Part shown: piece after piece, positions 11,101-19,800 of the stretch
How positions within the stretch are numbered: the stretch's first letter is position 1
How the letters are laid out: each line of letters begins with the position of its first letter
Source of the DNA: a virus
Direction: 5' to 3' (one strand)
DNA: 64,000 nucleotides
Virus record (IMG/VR): IMGVR_UViG_3300027782_000066
Coordinates: 1 to 64,000 of that record
Translations under genes and position numbers: made by a program
Notes under the pieces: model-generated
The model's database searches: none
Told to the model about the DNA's origin: nothing
Seen by the model: the letters and a program-made list of their open reading frames with translations, nothing else

Positions 11101-14100
11101 TTACAACTTCTGGTTCTACAGTCAATTATGGTTCTATTGTTGTCGGAAGTGACATTGGAATTGATTATGGTTATGTAATTGAGAGAGAATTTAAATATCC
11201 TTATGGTCTTTTTAGAATTAGTGGTAATTATCAGACTTCTAATAGATCCTTTGGACACACAACTGTTGGATCTATTAGTATTTTTGGATCTGGAACAACT
11301 TCACTGGTTGAACCAACACCACAAATTTACACTTACCCAGAATATCCTACAGATGTTGATTTAATTATTGAAGATGATTATATTGTAGAATATGATTATG
11401 AAATATTATATGGATCTACAACTAGAGATACCAATCTTTATGTTGTATCTGGTTCTGCTGCATCACCGAGAACATTCATCTCTCGTGGAATTGGATCGCT
11501 GTTTACATTAAACAGTTCTGCACCTTCTGTAACATACAATTATAGATCTGTTGATATTGAATATACTTCATCAATTAATTACGGAACTGTAGCAACTACT
11601 GTAAATTCTATTGATAATGGATTGATTACAAATTCTGTAGATCTTTATACAGATTATATTTCAATTACGATTGATGAAAAAGCAATCAGATTTGGTTCTA
11701 TCAATACCTCTGGTTCTTCAACCTTACTCAAAACATTTACTCCAGTTGCTTCTGGTTCTCTGTTTGCCTCCAAAGGAGCAGCATTTTCTACATTCGTTCC
11801 AGTTGCTACAGATACAGTACTGTTCACAATTTCTGGTTCTGCAACAAATCTACTTCGTACATTTGGACATACATCATCTGGTTCACTCTTTACGATTGGT
11901 GATCACACAGAAAGAGTTACTTACAATTACCATATTGATTCTGTCAACACATACTCAGCTCTTGATTATCAAACTATTACATCCACTGGAACTTCTGAAG
12001 ATTATGGTTTCATTGCTTCCAGTGCAAATGAAGTTCAACCAGTTGATTGTGGTTATATTAATGTATCAGAATCTGTACGAGCTTATCAAGGATCTATCAG
12101 GATTACTGGTACTACCAAGATCACCTATATTCCTCTTCTCATCTACACCAGTACTGGTGGATTTAAGATTAGTGGTGCTGTCACTACAATTGGTATTCTT
12201 ACTGCAAAAGGAAGACCAGAAAGCACAGATCTTTATAATGTTAGTGGTAGCGCAAACTCCAGTGTCACCAGACCTACATTTACAGAAACAGCTAAGTTCA
12301 GTACATTCTCTGGTGCTGCCGAATCAACTACAAGGATATATAACCAATTTTCAATCAATGAATTTAGTAAGATTGATTATGAATTAATTACTGGATCTGG
12401 TTCAGCAATTGATTATGGATTGATATTTAATAGTTCTAATTCAATTTTCAATTATGGAGATATTTTTAATAGAGAAACTGTTCTTCCATATGGAAATATA
12501 ACAATTGGGGCGGGTGCGGTTGATTATAAATTTGTACCTAACTTTGCATATACTGGAACAGGATCTCTGTTTGCATATACGGGATCTGCAGATGCAAGAT
12601 CTTTCTCTCAAGGTAAGGATGTTGAAACTAGACTCTTTAATGTTTCTGGATCAGCTTTAACAACAGCACCAAAAATTTATACTTCAACTGGATCTCTATT
12701 TAATATTGGATCTAAGATTGAAAGTGCTGCTTATTCATATAATTCTTCATCTATTAATGTATTCTTGTCTAATGACTATGAATATATTACATCTATTGCA
12801 GACACAACAGTTAACTATGGATTAATTTCCGAATCTTCTGTTGGTGATACTGATCTTGGATATATTGTAAATCAGAATACTTTATATCCATATGGAAGAT
12901 TTACTTTTGCTGGTCAATCTTCTATTGAATTCTATAGAAGACCTTCTTACGTTGGATCTGGATCTCTGTTTGCATATACGGGATCTGCAGAAACAAGATC
13001 CTTCTCACAAGGAAAAGATGCTGACACACAACTATTCAATGTTTCTGGATCTGCTAATACACCATTCAGCAGACCTTACATCGCATCAGGTTCGCTGTTT
13101 AATATTGGTTCTAAAGATGAAAGAAGAACTTATGTTTATGATGCATCTTCAATCGTTACATTCTCTGATTCTGATTATGAATACATTAATTCTACAGCAT
13201 CTGTATACAAAAATTATGGATTAGTTTCACAAATTGCTGATGGTGATACTGATCTTGGATATGTTACAAACACTGATATTGCATATCCATTCGGAACATT
13301 AATTCTGTCTGGTTCTTCACTAACGAGTAATCCAAGAATTCATAAGGGTTCTGGATCCCTGTTTGCATTCAGTGGTGTTGCACAATCTTCTGTCAAATCA
13401 ACAACGACAGAAACTTCACTGTTTACAATTTCTGGCACTTCCAGCAATATCAGAAGATTTGGATACGCTGCAGCAGGATCTCTATTTAATATCGGATCTA
13501 AGATTGAAAGAGCGGCATATGCTTATAATCAATCTTCTATTACTGAATACTCAACTAATGATTATGGTTATGTTTCATCTATTGCAGATACAACAACTGA
13601 TTGTGGATTAATTTCCGAATCTTCTGTTGGTGATATTAACTTTGGAGAAATTAGAGTTAATCAAAACCAATATCCATTTGGTTCGTTTGCATTCTACGGT
13701 GCTGCAACTCAGAAATTTACCAGATCTGGTTATATTACAACAGGTTCGCTGTTTGCAATTAGTGGCAGTGCTCAAGCAACAAGCAAATCCTTCCAAACAG
13801 AAACTTCACTGTTTACAATTTCTGGTACTTCCAGAAATATCAAAGCATTTGGTTACTCAGGAACAGGATCTCTGTTTGATATCGGAAGCACAATTGAAAG
13901 TAGAACATATGTCTATAATGAATCATCAATTCTTAATTATAACACACTTAATTATGAAGACATTGGAGAAGGTGCAACTACATTCAATAATTATGGAACT
14001 ATAACTGAAGGATCATCTGAATACTATAATTACGGTTCTGTATCTGACACCGATATTGTATATCCATATGGTGGATTTAATATCTCTGGTGGAACTGAAG

Positions 14101-16613
14101 ACAAATTTGAACCTATTCTTGCTTGGACAGGATCTGGAAATATTAATGTTTCTGGTTCTGTATACATTGTATTCAATCTTTCTACTAAGTCAGAACCAAC
14201 ATCTGATGATACTATCAAGATCTCTGGATCTTCTAAGTCTCTCTTCTCTCTCAGACATATTGGTTCTGGAAGTGTCTTCAACATTGGTAAGAAGATTGAG
14301 AAAGCAGCATATTCTTATAATACATCTTCAATTGTTTCATATGGAACAGCAGATTATCAATTTATTTCCAGTGCTGCAGACTTAACACCAGATTATGGTT
14401 CTGTATCAGAATCTAGTGCTGGTTTAACAGATCTGGGATCTATTGTCAATCTCGATTATGTATATCCATTCGGAACTCTTAAAGTTTCAAATTCTGTTAT
14501 TCAGAAAGCAACTTCTGTATATCGTGGATCTGGTTCGCTGTTTGCTATTGGTGGAGCGAGCAATGCATACAGCAGAATTGCTAGTTCGGAAACTCAACTA
14601 TTTGTTGTTTCTGGAAATGCTGAAACACCAAGATCCAAAGTATTTACTGGTTCTGGTTCACTCTTTACATTCAGAAGTCTTACAGAATCCAGTGCTGTCA
14701 ATCCACCAGCAACTGGTCTGTTCAGAATTTCTGGCATTGCCAAAGAAAGAGCTACAGATTCTTGGCTTGGTGCTGGTTCAATTACCTTACAGACAGGAAT
14801 TTATCCAGAATACTTATACTATCGTCCAACTCCTCGCTATGTCACAGTTTTTGGAACATCTCATATTTCAGGATCTTCCACTACAGCGTATATCTCAACT
14901 TATACCAATGTAGGTTCTGGTGTAATTTACAATTCTGGTTCTGCATTAACGCCAAGAACCAGACCATTTATTGGTGCTGGCACAGAATTTATTTCTGGAA
15001 AACTGAAAGAATCTTTCAGCAAAGGAAACTACGCTGGATCTGGTTCTCTGTTTACATTCAACGGTCTTACAGAATCTTCAACCAAAGTTCTTGCATCAGA
15101 AACCAGACTTTACAAAACTTCTGGATCTGCTGCAACTACTCGTTCCGAAGTATATCGTGGAACAGGATCTCTGTTTACGACCAAAGGAATTGCAGAATCT
15201 TTTGTTCGTACAGTTCCATCAGAAACTCAACTCTTCAAAGTTTCTGGAATTGCAAAGATTCTTCTTGCAAACAAATTTGTTGGTTCTGGATCACTCTTTA
15301 CATTCAAGGGTGCTACAGAGTCTACAACTATTATCACATCAACAGAAACTCAACTCTTCAAAGTTTCTGGAATTGCAACAACACGTTACAACGCAGTTTA
15401 TACATCTTCTGTTGGTGGAACAGAATTTATTTCTGGTGCAGCAACTCAGACCAGATATGTTCCGAAATATACTGGTTTTGGTTCACTCTTTACATTCAAT
15501 GGTCTCACAGAATCTTCCACAAGAACACTTTCATCAGAGACCAGACTGTTCAGAATTTCTGGTTCTGCGTTAACACCAAGAATCAGACAATTTATTGGTT
15601 CTGGAACAGAGTTTATTGCCTCAAACACTGCTACCAGCAAGACCACTATTTACAGTGGTTCTGGTTCACTCTTTACACTCAAGAGTGCTACACAATCCAA
15701 AACAGATGTTTCAACATCAACAGTTCTATTCAAAGTTAGTGGAACTGTTGGAGAATCGTTCATCAGAACCACTTATTTTGGTTCTGGAAAAGTTTCTCTG
15801 CTTCGTGGTGCTGCAGAATCTTCATCAGTCAGAGTACCACCAGAAACACAACTGTTCAGAATTATTGGTGTCTCTACACAATCTACATCAAAAGGAAATT
15901 ATACAGTTTCTGGATCAGAATTTGTTTCTGGACTTGGAACAGAATCTACAAGAAAAATTTACACAGGTTCTGGTTCACTCTTTACATTCAAGAGTGCTAC
16001 AGAATCCAGTTCTTTTGTTCCAGTATCGAAAATTACCGATATCAAGATTTATGGTTTTGCGACTACAACTCATACAGAATCTTATCAAGCAACTGGATCA
16101 ACATTTGTTTACAATTCTGCAAAAGTATCTCGTACATATCCAACTTACAATGCTTCTGGCACAGAATTTATTTCTGGTGCAGCAAATCAAAGAGCAATTT
16201 CTTCCTATCAAGGAAAAGGAAATATTACGGAATTTGGTGGTTCTGCTCAATCTACATTCACTACAATTCCACCAGAAACTCTTCTTTACAGAATTTCTGG
16301 AACAGCAACAACCAGTTTCAAAACTGTATACACAGCAACATCATCTGGTCAATTTACTTACAAAGGAAATGCAGATCTACTTCGCAGACAAGCATTCACT
16401 GGATCTGGATCTCTATTTGCAATCAACTCTGCAACAATTGCACAAAGAGTTACACTTATTGTCGAGACAAATCTCTTCAAAATTAGTGGAGGTGAACGTA
16501 ATAGTTACACAAGAATTTCCATATTTGAAGGCGGTCAAATTAATACTTCTGGTAAGTCTACAGATGAAAAGGTATTATTCACACCATCAAGAATTTTTGG
16601 TACGATAATCTAA
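5178..16613 (+). CDS. Giant (3811 aa) repetitive S/G/T/Y-rich virion appendage/fibre protein
   Basis: Uninterrupted 11.4-kb ORF; many units of triple (D/N)YG...YP(Y/F)G alternating with GSGSLF / ETxLFxISG beta repeats; located in the late structural region. Confidence 0.75.
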   Translation: MAVFSYDSRINSEVGEVVFSPVGNSVFNLSFSYKSNPPQIVQTVDYYTINESANVVIDLGSLEFTYEYANYGFIDISYTDKVFKTIGSSQSSASYNNNVKVNINLYNYESKNNVIFTWVGNGTLFEIGGDITLIVAPGITGPPRHTNAYIGNANIDFSGEADTAKYYYGGTLPLITGPVTYNYNSTTVNAPYSTDYGRIYATTTNAFDYGAVSETAVNRIDYADDLVQSYKYPFGTVLLSSYTESHFVPSYNGSGTISIFKSGIEYNSSSPITIGEGTLFAFDSIGTYSLVIPAPSGFGLFGIFGKSENSHNYTYKAFTQTSVPDYKNYGDLNSYSISSDYGFVGDKALTPDQDYGLLEYPLRFGSYKFNSSTETTTPKNYVGSGLFSTISGSTQSKTNTIEIKPETSLFAIYGAAYTIQPRTNQIYTYTVSDVLYALGSANEAFVYKYYKTKPFSINSIDLGVISEYASTIDYGLVINVFTSAYDYEYLVDKSVGDGKNLTNIIGSSEPVIRTFGYTGIGKINTFKSASVTFTEPTPQTIPTEGFGLFTVTGSCGVRFNTTYPYTGSGFAYSNSESINSFSRRYIFVTSSEDLYTTLNLGSVNEFGSTIDYETIDTRATSGVNYGLIVAESDLPYKGFRVISGSADSYYNHLYINSGSGTTRLFGGSAQTESIVVKQPESTDLFTISGSCSSNTTLVLTSAGINYVYGGSTNKYTHRYSGSSINTFFSVDLGDIITSGSSTNYGSIGDDSDQEINYDYIINTDYVYPYGKFIYSGACSEVRVLPSYNGSGSNKISGAATVTFTEPTLQIYVERDYGLYAINGSATTAYKTSYAYNGSGSIYKDSGCKFSVIYNYTLASTIAFSTENYGDIVSYGSISDYGSISEFNIAAINYGYVIHTEQIRPYGSTSISGSGVTTKQNIYKQVGSGSLFTFKGSADFALPLLTTDTSTSLFGIQGNASVLFRGSYTTSGNIYVGNYEISQTPTSTETYSYNSSSVSVFSTSDAGTIITSGDTANYGSVIIGSDVGFDYGVIINTRTIYPYGLLNVTGSSTTKKSQVVVGSGILSTIGTATVSFVEPTPQIYVSVEYEFNSIYGKPAIIATGSASTIFYRRPSYIGSGSLFTISGSNSSVSFNYDFNSVNYFTTSDYGDVITSGSTTNYGFITAGSGSKIDSGYIINTTTEFPYRGCVSVSSSASVQFCRIPSYIGSGNLFAFSTKEQNRIDSVRTDTSTSLFSVYGSALTKQSPSFVGTGSLFEVGVVTNSTVYSYNSSSITIFSTDNYGLVSNIADITSNYGTIFVGSDVGIDYGSVIDTKNNYPYGTLSVNGSYNIAKRSFSHQTTGSINISGAATTAQAQPVPQIYIYRDTNLYTVSGVSATAFVRITKGSGTLFAISNSSAAIAYNYNTSSIKTFDSSDYGAITVSGTTVNYGNIGNLGDGFFNYGSIEDTTTYYPFGLLKFFGSAGIANLAGITYSGSGSISTIRGGASSVAFVTKQPETTDLFTISGSITEKYTSKYFGSGSILTVGGEANSASYSYNISSVGIYTINDLGTITTSGSTVNYGSITIGADIVLNYGSVKDIQNVYPYGSFVITSVASSSKIAVYIGSGAKTFIKGSASSSVYTAKQPETTDLYAITGTATVFVRNAFTTTGSLFTASGSVTSAAYNYNTSSLTTLSTNDFGTITTSGSTVNYGSIVVGSDIGIDYGYVIDRTDNYPFGNLNLNGTHKTLRTFGFAGSGSANISGAAGVISTQPFVNIYVYPEYSKDIDLIIEDDYIVEYDYEILYGSRNTNLYTISGTATTPSATAIYKSSGSLFSFGGSASSITYAYTLNSLEYFSTLDLGTVNTTGTSSDYGSITVGHNAILDYGSVFVTQTDFPYKGKVFVTGAATTQKYNVYTQVGSGTLNVISGFANSIYEGKKKLESTDLFSISGTPYVTLTNKFFGSGSLLTAEGSATTGTYNYNSSSITSYSTTDFGSITTSGSTVNYGSIVVGSDIGIDYGYVIEREFKYPYGLFRISGNYQTSNRSFGHTTVGSISIFGSGTTSLVEPTPQIYTYPEYPTDVDLIIEDDYIVEYDYEILYGSTTRDTNLYVVSGSAASPRTFISRGIGSLFTLNSSAPSVTYNYRSVDIEYTSSINYGTVATTVNSIDNGLITNSVDLYTDYISITIDEKAIRFGSINTSGSSTLLKTFTPVASGSLFASKGAAFSTFVPVATDTVLFTISGSATNLLRTFGHTSSGSLFTIGDHTERVTYNYHIDSVNTYSALDYQTITSTGTSEDYGFIASSANEVQPVDCGYINVSESVRAYQGSIRITGTTKITYIPLLIYTSTGGFKISGAVTTIGILTAKGRPESTDLYNVSGSANSSVTRPTFTETAKFSTFSGAAESTTRIYNQFSINEFSKIDYELITGSGSAIDYGLIFNSSNSIFNYGDIFNRETVLPYGNITIGAGAVDYKFVPNFAYTGTGSLFAYTGSADARSFSQGKDVETRLFNVSGSALTTAPKIYTSTGSLFNIGSKIESAAYSYNSSSINVFLSNDYEYITSIADTTVNYGLISESSVGDTDLGYIVNQNTLYPYGRFTFAGQSSIEFYRRPSYVGSGSLFAYTGSAETRSFSQGKDADTQLFNVSGSANTPFSRPYIASGSLFNIGSKDERRTYVYDASSIVTFSDSDYEYINSTASVYKNYGLVSQIADGDTDLGYVTNTDIAYPFGTLILSGSSLTSNPRIHKGSGSLFAFSGVAQSSVKSTTTETSLFTISGTSSNIRRFGYAAAGSLFNIGSKIERAAYAYNQSSITEYSTNDYGYVSSIADTTTDCGLISESSVGDINFGEIRVNQNQYPFGSFAFYGAATQKFTRSGYITTGSLFAISGSAQATSKSFQTETSLFTISGTSRNIKAFGYSGTGSLFDIGSTIESRTYVYNESSILNYNTLNYEDIGEGATTFNNYGTITEGSSEYYNYGSVSDTDIVYPYGGFNISGGTEDKFEPILAWTGSGNINVSGSVYIVFNLSTKSEPTSDDTIKISGSSKSLFSLRHIGSGSVFNIGKKIEKAAYSYNTSSIVSYGTADYQFISSAADLTPDYGSVSESSAGLTDLGSIVNLDYVYPFGTLKVSNSVIQKATSVYRGSGSLFAIGGASNAYSRIASSETQLFVVSGNAETPRSKVFTGSGSLFTFRSLTESSAVNPPATGLFRISGIAKERATDSWLGAGSITLQTGIYPEYLYYRPTPRYVTVFGTSHISGSSTTAYISTYTNVGSGVIYNSGSALTPRTRPFIGAGTEFISGKLKESFSKGNYAGSGSLFTFNGLTESSTKVLASETRLYKTSGSAATTRSEVYRGTGSLFTTKGIAESFVRTVPSETQLFKVSGIAKILLANKFVGSGSLFTFKGATESTTIITSTETQLFKVSGIATTRYNAVYTSSVGGTEFISGAATQTRYVPKYTGFGSLFTFNGLTESSTRTLSSETRLFRISGSALTPRIRQFIGSGTEFIASNTATSKTTIYSGSGSLFTLKSATQSKTDVSTSTVLFKVSGTVGESFIRTTYFGSGKVSLLRGAAESSSVRVPPETQLFRIIGVSTQSTSKGNYTVSGSEFVSGLGTESTRKIYTGSGSLFTFKSATESSSFVPVSKITDIKIYGFATTTHTESYQATGSTFVYNSAKVSRTYPTYNASGTEFISGAANQRAISSYQGKGNITEFGGSAQSTFTTIPPETLLYRISGTATTSFKTVYTATSSGQFTYKGNADLLRRQAFTGSGSLFAINSATIAQRVTLIVETNLFKISGGERNSYTRISIFEGGQINTSGKSTDEKVLFTPSRIFGTII
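10217..11182 (+). repeat. 84-bp exact direct repeat (10217-10300 and 11099-11182) within the giant gene
   Basis: cattacaacttctggttctacagtcaattatggttctattgttgtcggaagtgacattggaattgattatggttatgtaattga occurs twice; 47 bp also shared with 9820-9866. Confidence 0.9.
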
Positions 16614-16620
16614 AAAATTT

Positions 16621-16628
16621 TATAAATA
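16621..16628 (+). promoter_or_regulatory. T4-type late promoter TATAAATA
   Basis: Exact consensus in the intergenic gap. Confidence 0.75.
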
Positions 16629-16652
16629 AAGTAGCATCTATTAATCTCTTAA

Positions 16653-16841
16653 ATGACGACACAAGTACAGTTTCGTAGAGGAACTACATCTCAACACGCA
16701 GCATTTACTGGTGCTCAAGGTGAAATTACAGTAGATACTGATAAAAAAACCGCAATTATTCATGATGGTTCTACAGCTGGCGGAATTGAATTAGCCAGAG
16801 CCGATGGTGCAATTGCTATGGCAATTGTATTCGGTTTATAA
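16653..16841 (+). CDS. Stand-alone Mtd-N / hyaluronidase-N-type fibre attachment domain mini-protein
   Basis: 'QVQFRRGTT...FTGAQGEITVDTDKKT..IHDGSTAGG' is the N-terminal domain of many phage fibres; ends in AIAMAIVFGL. Confidence 0.75.
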   Translation: MTTQVQFRRGTTSQHAAFTGAQGEITVDTDKKTAIIHDGSTAGGIELARADGAIAMAIVFGL

Positions 16842-16891
16842 TTTAGATATATAGAATAACGTAAAAACGACCTCGCAGGAATTTTAAACAA

Positions 16892-19800
16892 ATGGCAAAG
16901 CAGTTATCGTACTACTACACTTTTACACCAGGAACTAGAACGGTTGTAATTAGTGGTAATGTTAATAGAAAAAGATTGTTATTGATTACCAATACAACAC
17001 GTAATGTAATTGTTTATAATATGACCCAACCATCGTTGGGTGCATCAGCAATTACTTATAATGCCGATAATGATGAAACTACAGTTGTATTAACATATGA
17101 CACTGGAGCTGCTGGGCATCAATCGGGAGATACTCTTCAAATTTTTGCTGAGCAAGATACAGTAAAATTTGAACCCGCTGAGTATCTGATTGATCCTGTT
17201 AGCAAACTGCGTGTATCGCAACCAAACACTCTGATTGATACGGACTTTGAATATGGTCTGCAATCTACTAAATGGGAAACACTTGAAAGATGTAATAACG
17301 TTCCATCATTCTATTCAGTTGCTGGCGATACAAGTATTTCTAATATCACTGCTATTACTACAAATGGTGGTAGAGAAGTTACTGTAACTACTGCAAGTGC
17401 TCATGGTTTAACGACAGGTATTCCTATTGATATTCGTGGTATTACCTCAATTACTGTTGAAGGTACTTGGTTGATCCGTAAAACAACTGACTATCAATTC
17501 ACTTTCGAAACTCCTTTTACTCAGTTAGGAACAACTTCAGTTCCAGTTTCAATCTTAACTCCTTACTCTACTATTATTGTTGGTAGATTTTACGTTAACT
17601 CTGTACTCAACTTAGATAATAGTGTAACAGTTGATGAAGGTCCTATGGTGACCGATGGTGTATCACCTGCCAGCACCATTTCTGTAACTACATCATATGA
17701 TCACGGATTTGTAACTGGTTCGCCATTCTACCTTACAAACTCTCTTGGTAATATTTCCGTAAACTTTGACCCAGCATCTTTCTCGGTCGGCGGTAATATT
17801 GAAGATAGAACTTCATTTGATTATGATACAGGTTTCTTCAACCCTTATGAGCCAATTCATGATGGTTGTACCCTTAAAAAAATTCCCGCAAACTTTATTG
17901 ATAGCAACACTGGTGCTACAATATCAACAACTGGATCTATTGCTACATTTACACTGACCACAACAGGTAACCCAGCACTGCTTGCGGGTCATACAATTAC
18001 TGGTACTGGTGTTGCACCTAACACCATTATTTTAAGTGGTTCTGGTAATACTTGGACAGTTAATATTTCACAAACTACAACTAATGGTCCTCTGACTGCA
18101 TCTTTCCCAACTGCTGGTTTTATCAGAATTGATAATCACGGATTGGAAAATGGAGATCCACTTTGCTACATTGGTACTACTCATACCACTAGTCCACAAA
18201 TTCTTGCGGTATCATCAGGATACTTCCAAATTGCTTCTGGTAATCTTCCATCCTATAATAATGATGGTACTGGCGGTGCAAACGCATCTGGTTGGTTATA
18301 TGCTGCAGTAATTGATGAAGATCATATCAGAGTTGCTACTAACCCCAAAGATGCTTATGATCGTACCAATTTAATTTCATTCTCAAGTTTTGGTGGTAAC
18401 TCCACTGCAACTCTGTTCTTCGGTCTGATGAACAAGAGAGGATATGAAATTCAATCAAGCATTTTTTCTATTCAAACGATTGCATCTTCTTCCGAAGTAA
18501 GAGTAGCATTCCCTGCTGGTACTACTTGCAAGTCTCTGAATATTTACCCAGAGATGCAAATTTCACTGAACAACACTGGCGTATCTTCACTTGATGGTGT
18601 CTATGTTGTCAAAGAGTATCCTGTAACTTCTAATTTTACTAACGATATTTTTAATGAAAATGATACTCACTTTATTATGGAGGGTCCAACAAACTCTTCT
18701 GGCAACTTTGCCACACAAGCATCTAGCGTAACATATTCATTCTCTGGTTCCGCTGCTTCTGTAAATACTATTTTAACTCTCAGTAGCTATGAAAGATCCA
18801 TTCAACCAACTTCAATTACTGCAGTTTCTGGTAGCACTGTAACTATCAATGGTGTTTCTGCTCTTGGTGATGGCACTAATCCTTATCGTGTAGGTTCTGT
18901 TGTAAGATTTACTGCATTAGGTTCATTGACTGGAGTAACTCCTAACTTAGATTATTTCATCTCTGCAGTAGGAGCACTTAGTTCAGGTTCTGTAACTCTT
19001 ACACTTTCTACTACGCATCCAACAATTGCAACAACTGCTGTAACTCTTGGTGGTACAACTAGTGCTGGAACCTTTACTGGTAGTATTACTGGTAATACTT
19101 TAACTGCTGGTTCTGTAACTGGATATGTTCAAGTAGGACAATTAGTTACTGGTACTGGTATTACTGCTGGTACAGTTATTACTGGATTTGGTAGTGGCAC
19201 TGGTGGCGCTGGTACTTATTTTGTAAATACTCAGCAAACAGTAACCAGTACTGCAATGACTGTTTCTGCTAACTTGAAAATTTATACTAATGGTATTCGT
19301 GCTCAAGTACATTCTGGTGCTAATTCTTGGCAGAACCACACAAGAATGTCCATTCATGATTGGTCTTCCTTGACTGGTAAAATGTTTACTCGTGAAGCAA
19401 TTTCCAATACAGGACATTCCATCTATATCAAAAATCACGGTCTTTCAAACGGTCAACCATTGATGTTTGTTGGTGGTGGTAATGGATTTGTAAACTCTGC
19501 TGGTAGTGGTACTGCAGTTGCTTCTAACTATGCTATTTTAAACGAATCTGTAAACCAAGGTTATGTTTATTTCGTTTTAGTAACAGATAGAGATAATTTC
19601 ACACTTTGGACCTCTGAACCAGATGGATTTACTGGTGCATATGGTGGTTGGGTAACTACACCAACTGTTGGTGGAACTATGGGTACATTGAGTGGTAACG
19701 TTGCTCAAGTAGTTTTAAGTCCAACTGGTTCACCTTCAGTTCTTCCAATCACTCAGTCTGGTGGTATCTATCAACTCCATCCTGGTTTTATGGTTGGTAA

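Noticed and set aside
14762-16608. Long alternate-frame ORFs (325, 160 and 337 aa) as independent genes
   Set aside because: No SD or promoter, and the translations mirror the main-frame repeats (W/F/C- or L/Q-rich); not annotated as CDS, but the underlying stop depletion is reported as a finding
5178-16841. Diversity-generating retroelement, suggested by the Mtd-N domain and near-identical repeats
   Set aside because: No reverse transcriptase in the window; mismatches between repeat copies are not adenine-specific; all copies are in-frame parts of one gene
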